The notes: generated from the letters alone by a model not told the origin. Shown: positions 9,643 to 19,026, numbered from the stretch's first letter. The stretch: DNA of 64,000 nt from an uncultured delta proteobacterium (GCA_963776345.1 CAVZMH010000002.1:46604-110603), one strand, 5' to 3'. Made by a program: numbers and translations.

Positions 9643-10896
9643 CTACTCGGTGCGCATGGCCTCGACGGGGTCCAGCCGCGCCGCCCGGGCCGCCGGGTAG
9701 ATGCCGAACAGGAGCCCCACGCCAGAGCTCATCACCAGCGCGAGCATCACCGCCCAGGTCGGGACGGAGGTGGGAAAGCTGAACGCCCAGCGGGCGAGGA
9801 AGGCCACCAGGCCGCCTCCCAGCACGCCCAGCACCCCCCCCACCAGCGAGAGCATGATCGCCTCGGTCGCAAACTGGCCGAGGATGCGGTGCCGCCGCGC
9901 CCCGAGCGCCTTCCGGACCCCGATCTCCTGGGTCCGCTCGGTGACCGAGACCAGCATGATGTTGAGGATGCCGATCCCGCCCACGATGAGCGACAGGAGG
10001 CACACCCCGAAGCTCGCCGCGGTCACCACCGAGGAGATCTGGTTGAAGGCCTGGGTGGCCGACTCGTTGGAGAAGATGAAGAAGTCGTCCTCCTGCTCGG
10101 GCTTGAGGTTGTGGCGCCGGCGCATGAGCTGCCGCACCTCCTCCATCGCCCGGGGCAGGAGCTCGGTCGAGACCGCCTGCATGCTGATGTTCAGCGACCG
10201 GTTCTTCCCCCACAGCTGGAAGAAGGCGTTGACCGGGATCACCACCACGTCGTCCTGCTGGAAGCCGCCGACGAAGGCTCCCTTGCGCTTGATGAGGCCG
10301 ATGACCCGGAAGGGTCGGGTGCGGATCCGGACCTCCTGACCGATGGGATCCACCTGGGGGAAGAGCACCTCGGCCACGTTCGACCCGAGCACGACCAGGC
10401 GCTCTCCGTCGGCGACCTCCTTCACGTTGAAGGAGCGCCCGGAGGCGATGTCCATGGCGTTGGTGAGGAAGAAGTCGGCGGTGCCGCCGGCGATCTGGAT
10501 GTTGGGCCGCGTCTCGTAGCGGTCGGTGGAGACCTTCACCCCGAAGTCCCAGGCCTCGCCGGTGGTGGCGATGACGTCCGGGAGCCGGCGCTCGATGTCG
10601 TCCCGGTCCTCGATGGTGAGGTTGGGCCTCTTCGAGAGGCGATCGAAGTCGAAGTTACCGAAACCATTGGGGAACTTCTGGATCTGGAACCCGTTGGACC
10701 CGAGGCCGGTCAGGTCCTCGTCGACCTTGTTCCGCAGCCCCTCGAGCAGGGCCATCATCGAGACCACGGTGGCCGCCCCGATGACGATGCCCAGCAAGGT
10801 CAGCAGCGAGCGGAGCCGGTGTCCCCAGAACGTGGAGAACGCCAGCCGGAAGTTGTCGATCAGCGCGCGCACCCACAGTGCCTGACGGCCCGTCAT
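9643..10896 (-). CDS. ABC transporter permease, MacB/FtsX family
   Basis: RSLLTLLGIVIG, VGGIGILNIMLVSVTERTQEIGVRKALGA, GIYPAARAARLDPVEAMR. Start is ATG 10896 or 10905. Confidence 0.93.
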   Translation of the reverse strand: MTGRQALWVRALIDNFRLAFSTFWGHRLRSLLTLLGIVIGAATVVSMMALLEGLRNKVDEDLTGLGSNGFQIQKFPNGFGNFDFDRLSKRPNLTIEDRDDIERRLPDVIATTGEAWDFGVKVSTDRYETRPNIQIAGGTADFFLTNAMDIASGRSFNVKEVADGERLVVLGSNVAEVLFPQVDPIGQEVRIRTRPFRVIGLIKRKGAFVGGFQQDDVVVIPVNAFFQLWGKNRSLNISMQAVSTELLPRAMEEVRQLMRRRHNLKPEQEDDFFIFSNESATQAFNQISSVVTAASFGVCLLSLIVGGIGILNIMLVSVTERTQEIGVRKALGARRHRILGQFATEAIMLSLVGGVLGVLGGGLVAFLARWAFSFPTSVPTWAVMLALVMSSGVGLLFGIYPAARAARLDPVEAMRTE

Positions 10897-10964
10897 GTCC
10901 CCCATTGCAGCAGATCCCTGCACCGGGCGCGCGGCTGGCCGGGCGGGAGAGCCCGGAGGGCGCC

Positions 10965-11939
10965 CTACCTCCCGAAGGCGAGCGAGGCGCTGGTCCTCTC
11001 GGCCGGCACCCAGCGCTGCAGCGGATAGCCCTCGGACACCCACGCGGCGTAGCCGCCCTCCAGGGGCCGGACCCGGTCGATGCCTCGTCGCTTCAGCCGG
11101 AGCGCCACCCGGGCGCTCGTCCACTCATCGGGTCAACTGCAGAAGAGGACCACCGGGCGGCTGCGGGCAATCTCCCCGTGCCGCCGGTCCAGCTCGTCCG
11201 GCGAGATGTGGAGCGCACCCGGCAGCGTGCTGCCCGACTCCTCCAGCTCGCGCCGGTGCCGCAGGTCCACCAGCACCAGGTCCTCGCCCCCGTCGAGCAG
11301 CCGCTTCAGCTCGACGGGCGACAGCCGCGCCACCCGGAGCGCGGTCCGGAAGCGCAACCGCTGGAGGAACTTCCACCCGAGGTACAGGGCGAACCCCGCG
11401 GCGAGGACGCCCGCCGCCGAGCCCGCGTAGGCCATCGCCAGCTCGAGCGCGCGGAAGAACGGGCCACCCGCGAGCCAGCCCAGGCCCACGAACGTCGTCG
11501 CCCAGAAGAAGTCCCCCATCGCGTCCAGCCCCAGGAAGCGCCGGAGCCGCATCCCCGACATCCCGGCCAGCGGCGGCGCGAGGGTGGTCAGCCCCGGGAT
11601 GAAGGGGGCGATCACCAGCGCCCGCGCGCCGTAGCGGGTGAACGCGTTCTCGGTCCGCTGCACGCAGCTGTCGGGCTCGAGCGAGACGCGGCAGATCAGC
11701 CGCAGCACGCGGTTGCCCCAGCGACGGCCGGCGAGGAACCAGGCCGAGTGCCCCAGCGACGCCGCCACCGTGGCGAGGACGATCGGCACCGCGAGCGTCC
11801 CCTGACCGAGCCGCGCCAGGGCCCCCGAGGCGATGAGCCAGGGCGTGCACGGGATGGGCACCCCGCCCTGCTCGAGGAGCACGCTCGCGAAGACCAGCAG
11901 CGGTCCGTACGTCTGGAGGAACTCGATGCTGGCGTTCAC
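10965..11939 (-). CDS. DedA (VTT/SNARE-associated) + rhodanese fusion, predicted selenoprotein (Sec at 11135-11133)
   Basis: DedA motifs LEQGGVPIP and FIPGLTTLAPPLAG. The rhodanese domain continues in frame through TGA: VVLFCS-U-PDEWTSARVALRLKRRGIDRVRPLEGGYAAW...GR*, with TAG at 10967-10965. GTG 11939 has a GGAGGT RBS. Confidence 0.88.
11100..11118 (-). promoter_or_regulatory. Candidate SECIS of DedA-rhodanese
   Basis: Perfect 7-bp stem GAGCGCC-CGGGU-GGCGCUC starting 14 nt after the UGA. Confidence 0.75.
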
Positions 11940-12019
11940 GGCGGGTGGAACCTCCGGCGGCACCCGCGGGCGGGTGCAGAGCGGCGTGTGTAGCCGGACC
12001 GGCGCCCCACCGCCACCGT

Positions 12020-12044
12020 GTCACCCTCGGGGGGTGGCCGTTGC
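12020..12044 (-). promoter_or_regulatory. Candidate ECF sigma promoter (GCAAC-N16-TGAC) for DedA-rhodanese
   Basis: Same spacing as the motifs at 27001, 28703 and 31932; about 80 nt upstream of the start. Confidence 0.4.
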
Positions 12045-12062
12045 AGACCGCCCGCGTCGGGG

Positions 12063-12290
12063 CTAGTTGGGGCGGGCCGACGGAGGCTGCCCGATCAGGT
12101 GGACCACCTCGTCCACCCGGACCGGCAGCTTTCCGCCCTTCCGCTCCAGGGCGAGCGAGAGCTTCCGGTGGTCGGACCGCGTCAGCCGCCGGTCGAGCAC
12201 CACGTCCACCATGTACTCGAGCGAGTCGACGCCGAGCACCATCCCCACGCTGAACAGCATCAGCTCATCCGGGTCCACGTAGGCCGACAT
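12063..12290 (-). CDS. Small hypothetical protein
   Basis: MSAYVDPDELMLFSVGMVLGVDSLEYMVDVVLDRR...; protein-like composition, fills an intergenic gap. Confidence 0.65.
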   Translation of the reverse strand: MSAYVDPDELMLFSVGMVLGVDSLEYMVDVVLDRRLTRSDHRKLSLALERKGGKLPVRVDEVVHLIGQPPSARPN

Positions 12291-12377
12291 GGCACCTGGA
12301 AGCCTTTGCAAGGAAGGATCCGACGGGACGCCGCCCCGGGAAGCGGGGGGCGGCCAGACCTGTTAGGGGTCCCAACC

Positions 12378-14513
12378 GTGCTTCCTGGCTTGCTCCTTTC
12401 CGTGCTCGTGGCCGCTGGCCCGGCACCCTCTCCGACCGCGAGCGGGGCCGTCCACGAGGGCAAGCCGAGGGTGCATGCGACCCTGGTCTCCGAGCTGACC
12501 CAGGTGGAGCCGGGCGGCGCGTTCCGGCTCGGGGTGCAGCTCCGGATGGCGCCCGGGTGGTACGTCTACTGGAAGAATCCGGGCGAGGCGGGACTCCCGA
12601 GCGAGGTGGTCTGGGACGCGCCCCGCGTCACGGTGGGGCCACTCACCTGGCCTGCGCCGGAGGTGCACCGGAGCCCCGACGGCACCATCACCAGCTACGG
12701 CTATGGCGGGGAGGTGGTGCTCTTCGCCACCGCCCGCGCGCAGCCCGAGGTGCAGCCGCCGCTGACGGTGGTGGCCACCGCCGAGGTGCTGGTCTGCCAG
12801 GTGCAGTGCATCCCGGCCCGCTTCGAGCTCACCCGCGTGCTCGGGGTCGGTCCCCGGCAGGCCGATGCGGCGGGCGCGGCGCTCCTCGAGGCCGCGGCGG
12901 CTCGCGTGCCCCGCCCCCCGGCCGCCGCGGGGCTGCGGGTGGCCATCCGGCGGACCACCGCCTTCGTGCCCGGCCAGCCGTTCGAGGGCGAGCTGACGGT
13001 GGAGCGCGCCGACGGAAGCCCCGAGCCGCTCGCCGACGCCGACGCCTTCGTCCCGGAGCGGCTCCCCGGAGTCGTCTCGGTCACGGGCATCGCCGAGGGG
13101 CCCGGCCGGCTCCGGCTGTGGGGGAAGGCCGCCGCCGACGCGCCGGCCCCGCCGTCGCGGATGGCCGGGGTGGTCACCCTCGCCGGCGGCGGCGCCATCG
13201 AGGTGAGCGGGCCGTTCGAGCTCCCGCCCGGCCTCGCTCCCCGGCCCGCCGCCGCGACGCCGCCGGTCGCGGCGCGGACGCCGGGGTTGCCGTGGGTGCT
13301 GCTGCTCGCCTTCCTCGGCGGCGTGCTCCTCAACGCCATGCCCTGCGTCTTCCCGGTGCTGGCGCTGAAGGCGTACGGGTTCGCGCGCACCGTCCAAGCC
13401 GACCACGGCTCGGTGCGAAGGCACGCGCTGGCGTACACCGGAGGAATCCTCGCCTCGCTGCTGGTCCTCGCCGTGGCGGTGCTGGGCCTCCGCGCCGCGG
13501 GCCACGCCGTCGGCTGGGGCTTTCAGTTCCAGGAGCCGCTCTTCGTCGCCGTCCTCTCCGGGGTGGTGCTCCTGTTCGCCCTCAACCTGCTCGGGGTGTT
13601 CGAGCTCACGCCGCCGAGCCACGGCACCGGGTCTCTGGTGGCGGCGGTGGATCACTCCCACGGCCCGCTCCGGAGCGCGGGCGAGGGCGTGCTCGCGGTG
13701 GTGCTCGCCACGCCCTGCTCCGCGCCGCTGCTCGGGACGGCGGTGGGCTTCGCCTTCGCGGCCAGCGCGCCGGTGGTCCTCGCCGTCTTCGCCGCGGTGG
13801 GCCTCGGCCTCGCCGCGCCCTTCTGCGCGCTGGTGCTGGTGCCGGGGCTCCGGACCCGGCTGCCGCGGCCGGGCGCATGGATGGAGCGCGGCAAGCAGCT
13901 CCTCGGCTTCGCGCTGCTCGGCACCGGGGTGTGGCTCGCGGGCATCCTCGGGGCGCTCGCCGGGGTGGACGGGGTGGTGCGGCTGCTCGCCTTCCTGGTG
14001 GTGGTCGCGCTCGCCGCCTGGGCCTGGGGCGCGTGGCGCCGCGGGCCGGTGCTCGCCGCGGGGCTGGCCCTGGTGCTGGTGACCGGCTTCCTGGCGCTGC
14101 GCTTCGGCGCGGGGCCGGCGTCGGCGGTCGGGCGCGAGGCCTGGAGCGACGAGGCCGTGGCCAGGAGCCTCGCCCAGGGCCGGCCGGTGCTGGTCGACTT
14201 CACCGCGGAGTGGTGCCTGAGCTGCAAGTTCAACGAGCGCACCGTGCTCGCCTCCGAGCCGGTGCGGTCGGCGCTGGCCCGCACCCGGACCCAGCTGCTG
14301 GTGGCCGACTGGACGCGCCGCGACGCCGGCATCGCCCGCCGTCTTGCCGCGCACGGGCGGGCCGGCGTCCCGATGTACCTGGTCTACTCGCCGGCGCACC
14401 CCGACCAGCCCGAGGTGCTGCCCGAGCTCCTCACCGTGGACCTGGTGGTCTCCGCGCTGGAGCGGGCCTCAACCGGACAGGGCGCGCTCGGGCTCTCCTC
14501 GTCCCCGAGGTGA
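12378..14513 (+). CDS. dsbD: Protein-disulfide reductase, DsbD family
   Basis: N-domain GWYVYWKNPGEAG...CQVQC; TM domain LLNAMPCVFPVL and ATPCSAP; thioredoxin domain DFTAEWCLSCK. Confidence 0.92.
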   Translation: MLPGLLLSVLVAAGPAPSPTASGAVHEGKPRVHATLVSELTQVEPGGAFRLGVQLRMAPGWYVYWKNPGEAGLPSEVVWDAPRVTVGPLTWPAPEVHRSPDGTITSYGYGGEVVLFATARAQPEVQPPLTVVATAEVLVCQVQCIPARFELTRVLGVGPRQADAAGAALLEAAAARVPRPPAAAGLRVAIRRTTAFVPGQPFEGELTVERADGSPEPLADADAFVPERLPGVVSVTGIAEGPGRLRLWGKAAADAPAPPSRMAGVVTLAGGGAIEVSGPFELPPGLAPRPAAATPPVAARTPGLPWVLLLAFLGGVLLNAMPCVFPVLALKAYGFARTVQADHGSVRRHALAYTGGILASLLVLAVAVLGLRAAGHAVGWGFQFQEPLFVAVLSGVVLLFALNLLGVFELTPPSHGTGSLVAAVDHSHGPLRSAGEGVLAVVLATPCSAPLLGTAVGFAFAASAPVVLAVFAAVGLGLAAPFCALVLVPGLRTRLPRPGAWMERGKQLLGFALLGTGVWLAGILGALAGVDGVVRLLAFLVVVALAAWAWGAWRRGPVLAAGLALVLVTGFLALRFGAGPASAVGREAWSDEAVARSLAQGRPVLVDFTAEWCLSCKFNERTVLASEPVRSALARTRTQLLVADWTRRDAGIARRLAAHGRAGVPMYLVYSPAHPDQPEVLPELLTVDLVVSALERASTGQGALGLSSSPR

Positions 14514-14699
14514 GCGTCGGCAGCTCCGGCGCCGGCGGCGGCGGTCGGGCGCGCCGGGCGCACTGTCCGGTACGCCGAGACCGCGCCCGGGGGCGCTCGC
14601 CGGGGGCCGCACTCCGGCTAGAGTCCGGCACCGGCCGGTGGGATGGAGGGCGGCAGGTCCGGCTGTCGCCCGGGGCTGGCCTGAGGGGACGTCATTCCG

Positions 14700-15371
14700 A
14701 TGAGGATCGGCCTTGCCCGGGCGCCGCTGCTCGCGCTGTGCTTCGCCGCGACGGGGGTGAGCGCCGAGGAGCTGCCCACCCACTTCGAGGCGGCGGCGCG
14801 GGTGGGGATGGGCATTCCCATCGGCAACGCCGTGGGCTCTACCCAGAACACGCCGAACGGAACGAGCCTCGGGGACCTGGTGGCCTGGACGGTGCCGCTC
14901 CAGCTCGACATCGGGGCCCGCATCGGCCCGGCGTTCGTCGGCGGCTACCTGGCCTACGCCTTCGGCAAGACGGGCAGCGCGCTGGACACCGGGACCGCGC
15001 GCTCGGCGAGCGACGTCCGGGTCGGCTTCGAGGTGCTCTGGCATCTCGGGCCCGACCGCAAGGTGGACCCCTGGGTCGGCCTGGGGGTGGGCTACGAGTG
15101 GCTCAACCTCAGCGTCACCGGCAACGGCGGGAAGGTGTACGCCAGCGCCCGCGGCTTCGAGTGGACGAACCTGCAGCTCGGCATCGACTTCGTCCTCGGC
15201 CGGAACTTCCGGCTCGGCCCGTTCGTCATGGCCAACATCGCCGAGTACGACGTCGGGAGCCTGGGCCTGATCAACGGGCAGGGCACCGACGTCGGGGGCA
15301 GCAGCGATCTGCAGAGCAAGGCGGTGCACGCCTGGATCGACATCGGGCTGCGTTTTGCGTTCTTGCTGTGA
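14700..15371 (+). CDS. Outer membrane beta-barrel protein
   Basis: Signal peptide, alternating beta-strand pattern, DPWVGLGVGYEW, C-terminal GLRFAFLL. Confidence 0.8.
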   Translation: MRIGLARAPLLALCFAATGVSAEELPTHFEAAARVGMGIPIGNAVGSTQNTPNGTSLGDLVAWTVPLQLDIGARIGPAFVGGYLAYAFGKTGSALDTGTARSASDVRVGFEVLWHLGPDRKVDPWVGLGVGYEWLNLSVTGNGGKVYASARGFEWTNLQLGIDFVLGRNFRLGPFVMANIAEYDVGSLGLINGQGTDVGGSSDLQSKAVHAWIDIGLRFAFLL

Positions 15372-15523
15372 CAAGCGTTGACGGCTGTGCGCCCGGGTAC
15401 GTGGGTCGCGACGCACGCCCTGGACCGCGAAGGTCGTCCACGACCCGGCCGGACCCGAGGCGAAGTGCCTGGATTCCCGCGGTTCCTCCTCTGGCGTGAC
15501 AGCTGCAAACAGAGAGCCCAGCG

Positions 15524-15805
15524 ATGGCCAGCTCTGCACAGCGAACGAGGTGTCAGGTCCCCCAGTGCGGACGGCCGGTCCACAGCCGCGGCTACTGCGC
15601 CAGCCACTACCGGCAGCTGCTCCGTGGACGCGTGCCCAGCCGCCCCATCCGTCCCCGAGGGCGCGGCGAGAAGCCGGTGCTCGCGGTGCGGCTCCCGGCG
15701 CCGCTCATCTCGGCCATGGACCGCCAGCTGCGCCGCGCGGGCCTGAGCCGCGCCGAGCTGCTCGAGCAGCTGGTGCACCGCTGGGTGCGGCGGAACGGAC
15801 GCTGA
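15524..15805 (+). CDS. Small protein with CCCH zinc-finger-like N-terminus and ribbon-helix-helix-like C-terminus
   Basis: CQVPQC-x8-YCASHY followed by VLAVRLPAPLISAMDRQLRRAGLSRAELLEQLV. Confidence 0.7.
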   Translation: MASSAQRTRCQVPQCGRPVHSRGYCASHYRQLLRGRVPSRPIRPRGRGEKPVLAVRLPAPLISAMDRQLRRAGLSRAELLEQLVHRWVRRNGR

Positions 15806-15817
15806 GGCGCCGGGCGG

Positions 15818-16477
15818 CTACCGCTTCTTCCTGGCGAGGGTCAGGCCGTCGCCCACCGAGAGGACCACCGCGTCCACCCGCGCGTCGTCGCGCACCTTGA
15901 GGTTCAGGGCGCGGAGGGCCGCGGTGTCCGCGTCGTTCACCGCGGGATCCGCCACCCGGCCGTACCAGAGCACGTTGTCGATGGCGATGAGCCCGCCGGC
16001 CCGCACCAGCGCGAGGCACGCCTCGTAGTACCCGTCGTAGCCGGTCTTGTCGGCGTCGATGAACGCCAGGTCCTGGCTCCCCGGCCCCTCGGCGGCGAGC
16101 AGCGCCGCCAGCGTCTCGCTGGCCGGGGCGAGCCGCAGGTCGATGCGGTCCTCCACCCCGGCCTCGCTCCAGTAGCGCCGGGCGACGGAGGTGTACTCCT
16201 CGCTCACGTCGCAGCAGACGACGCGTCCCCCGGGGGGGAGCGCCATCGCCATCGCCAGCGCGCTGTAGCCGGTGAAGGTGCCCACCTCCACCACCCGCCG
16301 CGCGTCGAGCAGGCGGACCAGGAGCCCGAGGAGGAGGCCCTGGTCCGGGCCGATCTGCATCGAGGCCCGCGGATGGCCTCGCGTCTCCTGCCGCAGCCGC
16401 TCCTGGACGTCGGTGCGCGGCGAGAGCACGTCGAAGAGGTACCGCTCCAGGGGCTCGGGGAGGAAGCTGCGGGCCAT
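15818..16477 (-). CDS. SAM-dependent O-methyltransferase (caffeoyl-CoA/COMT family)
   Basis: MQIGPDQG, VVEVGTFTGYSAL, FIDADK, IDNVLWYG, GDGLTL. Confidence 0.95.
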   Translation of the reverse strand: MARSFLPEPLERYLFDVLSPRTDVQERLRQETRGHPRASMQIGPDQGLLLGLLVRLLDARRVVEVGTFTGYSALAMAMALPPGGRVVCCDVSEEYTSVARRYWSEAGVEDRIDLRLAPASETLAALLAAEGPGSQDLAFIDADKTGYDGYYEACLALVRAGGLIAIDNVLWYGRVADPAVNDADTAALRALNLKVRDDARVDAVVLSVGDGLTLARKKR

Positions 16478-16533
16478 CGCCACCGAACCTTGCGCGAGGT
16501 CGGCGCCCGGGGACAAGCTGCCCCCCGGCCCAG

Positions 16534-17475
16534 GTGACCAAGACGCCCTCCTCCGACGTGGACCTCAACCGGGTGGCGGTCTTCCTCCGGGTGGTGGAGC
16601 TCCGGAGCTTCACCGCCGCGGCCGAGGCGCTGGGCCTGCCCAAGTCCAGCGTCAGCCGGAGCGTGGCGCGGCTCGAGGAGTCGCTCGGGGTGCAGCTGCT
16701 CCAGCGCACCACCCGCAGCGTGCAGCTCACCGAGGCGGGCCGGGTGTACTTCGAGGAGGCCTCGCGGGCGCTGTCCACGCTCGAGCAGGCGCACCAGACG
16801 CTGTCCCAGCTCGAGGGCCGTCCGCAGGGCGCGGTGCGCATCACCGCCCCGGTGGACCTCGGGGCGCGGGTGCTGGCGCAGCTCGCCGCGCGCTTCACCC
16901 GCCGCACGCCGGGCATCACCCTGGAGTTCATCCTCACCGGCCGCCTGGTGAACCTGGTGGACGAGGGCGTGGACCTGGCGGTGCGCGCCGGAACGCTCCG
17001 GGACAGCTCGCTCATCTCGCGGCGGGTGAACCGGCTCGAGCCCTGGCTCTTTGCCAGCCCGGGCTACCTGGACGCCCGCGGGACGCCCACCGCGGTGGAG
17101 CAGCTCGCCGAGCACGACTGCGTGCTCTTCCGCCCCAGGCGTGGCCACGTCGAGTGGACGCTGACCGGCCCGGGAGGAACCGCCCGGGTCACCGTGCGCG
17201 GCCCCGTGGCCGGTGACGACTTCACCTTCCTCCGCGAGGCGGTGCTGGCAGGCGCGGGCATCGGGCTATTGCCTGCGCTGCACTGCGAACAGGACCTGGC
17301 CCGGGGCAGGCTGGTGCGTCTCCTCTCGCCCTACACCGGCGTCGCGGCCCCGCTCCACGTGGTCTGGCCGGCGTCGCGGCACGTGCCGAAGCGGGTGGTG
17401 CTGGTCCGCGAGTGGCTGGTGAAGGCGCTCGGGGCCATCGAGCCCGCGGCCGGGTCCGACGATCGCGAGGGGTGA
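16534..17475 (+). CDS. LysR family transcriptional regulator
   Basis: DLN...F..VVE..SFTAAA..LG..KSSVSR.V..LE..LGV.LL.RTTR...LTEAG. Divergent from the O-methyltransferase. Confidence 0.96.
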   Translation: MTKTPSSDVDLNRVAVFLRVVELRSFTAAAEALGLPKSSVSRSVARLEESLGVQLLQRTTRSVQLTEAGRVYFEEASRALSTLEQAHQTLSQLEGRPQGAVRITAPVDLGARVLAQLAARFTRRTPGITLEFILTGRLVNLVDEGVDLAVRAGTLRDSSLISRRVNRLEPWLFASPGYLDARGTPTAVEQLAEHDCVLFRPRRGHVEWTLTGPGGTARVTVRGPVAGDDFTFLREAVLAGAGIGLLPALHCEQDLARGRLVRLLSPYTGVAAPLHVVWPASRHVPKRVVLVREWLVKALGAIEPAAGSDDREG

Positions 17476-17580
17476 GAGCGGTGGCGCCGGGGTGCGTGCC
17501 TCGCGCCCTGGGGCAATCCTGTCCCGTGACGCCCGTTCACTCTTGTCGCAGAAATCCGTCCGGAGCCTAAGCTCGATGCC

Positions 17581-17985
17581 GTGCAGCAGACGGACGAGCC
17601 CCGGACGCTCCTGGTGGTCGACGCGAGCTTCGACCTGGGGAACGCGCTCGCCGTCGCCGCGCTGGAGTACGGCTGGGAGCCCTTCCTCGCCGGCAACGCC
17701 GAGGCCGCGCTGAGCATCCTCCCCGGCCTCCTCGGCGAGGTGCTGGTCCTGGTGGATCTCGGCTCGGCGGTGAGCCACGGTCTGTGGCTGGTGCTGACGC
17801 TCCGTCGGAATCCGCCGCCGCCCTCGGTCCGGGTGGTGGTGATGACCTCCGGGCAGCCCATCCCCGAGGCGGTGCGGCGCTCGCCGTTCGTGGTCGGCGC
17901 CATCCGGCGCCCGCGTCACCCCGAGGAGGCCGGAGCGCTCGCCCGGGCGCTCCTCGGCCCTGCCGACGTGACGCGAACCGTCTGA
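17581..17985 (+). CDS. Stand-alone atypical receiver domain protein
   Basis: LLVVD...A.N.EAAL...LVLVDL...G...VVVMTS...IRRP receiver fold, with a degenerate acidic pocket and Lys replaced by Arg. Confidence 0.65.
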   Translation: MQQTDEPRTLLVVDASFDLGNALAVAALEYGWEPFLAGNAEAALSILPGLLGEVLVLVDLGSAVSHGLWLVLTLRRNPPPPSVRVVVMTSGQPIPEAVRRSPFVVGAIRRPRHPEEAGALARALLGPADVTRTV

Positions 17986-18012
17986 GGGATCGCCGCGCCG
18001 GAGCCCGCCCGG

Positions 18013-19026
18013 TCAGTTGTCCAGCGCGCCCCGGAGGATCCAGGACTGCACACGCACCAGCTCGCCGGAGGAGAGCGGATTGCCCCCCTCGGGCATCCGG
18101 GTGCCGCAGCTGCTCCCGAGCAGCTTGTCCATCAGCCCCGAGCTGCCGGGGTCCCCCGCCACCACCCGCGTCGCATCGCTACAAGACTTGACCATGGCCT
18201 GGCCGACCAGCGCCGACCGGCTGGCCCCGGCGGTGAGGTCGAGCTGCCCGGACAGGGTCGTGGCGTCGTGACAGGGCAGGCACTGCGAGGTCCAGATGGG
18301 CTGGATGTCGTTGGCGTAGGACGGCGTCGTCACGGTCACCGTGGCCTGCTGCTGCTGGATGGGGTTGAACCCGTCCCAGACCGTCACCTGGAACGAGAAG
18401 CCGAGCGAGTCCACGCCGAGCGGCGGGGAGACCCAGGTGGTCGTCGCCTTGGCCGGGCTGCCGAACGTGCCCTGCTGCGCAGGCGCGGTCTGCGTCCAGG
18501 CGATGGTGAGCGGGTCTCCATCGGGGTCGCTGGCGGTGATGGAGAGCGTGACCACGTCGCCGGTGACCGGCATCGCGGGCGACACGGTGATGGACGAGAC
18601 GGTGGGGGGACGGTTCACCGTGGCGTGGTTCACGGTGACCTGGCAGGACTCGGTCGTCGAGCCTCCCTGCCCATCGGTGATCGCCACCTGGAAGGTGAAC
18701 ACCGTGTCGGCGGTCACCGCCGGAGCCGTCCAGACCGGGTTGCGCACGGTCCGCGAGCTGAAGGTCCCCTGGGGCGTGGCCGGCGCGGTCTGCGTCCAGG
18801 CGTAGCCCAGCGAGTCTCCGTCGGGGTCGGTCGCGGTGACCGAGAGCAGCGTCGCTCCACCCTCGGCGATCGGCGTGACGGTGGCGCTGGGGGCCACCGT
18901 CACCACCGGCGCGTGGTTGGTGCTCGGCGGAGGGCCTCCGGTGCCGCCGCCCGGCGCGGTGATGGTTCCGCTCCCGCAGGCCAGGGCGAGGAGGGCAAGG
19001 GGCGCTGCGAGTCGACGCACGTCCAC
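18013..19026 (-). CDS. Lipoprotein with two Ig/PKD-like repeats and a C-terminal c-type heme domain
   Basis: Lipobox LALA-C. Two repeats N.(A/P)P.V....DPDGD.L...WTQTAPA..QGTF. IQPIW...CLPCH, MP (axial Met) and WI..GA.DN. Confidence 0.85.
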   Translation of the reverse strand: MDVRRLAAPLALLALACGSGTITAPGGGTGGPPPSTNHAPVVTVAPSATVTPIAEGGATLLSVTATDPDGDSLGYAWTQTAPATPQGTFSSRTVRNPVWTAPAVTADTVFTFQVAITDGQGGSTTESCQVTVNHATVNRPPTVSSITVSPAMPVTGDVVTLSITASDPDGDPLTIAWTQTAPAQQGTFGSPAKATTTWVSPPLGVDSLGFSFQVTVWDGFNPIQQQQATVTVTTPSYANDIQPIWTSQCLPCHDATTLSGQLDLTAGASRSALVGQAMVKSCSDATRVVAGDPGSSGLMDKLLGSSCGTRMPEGGNPLSSGELVRVQSWILRGALDN

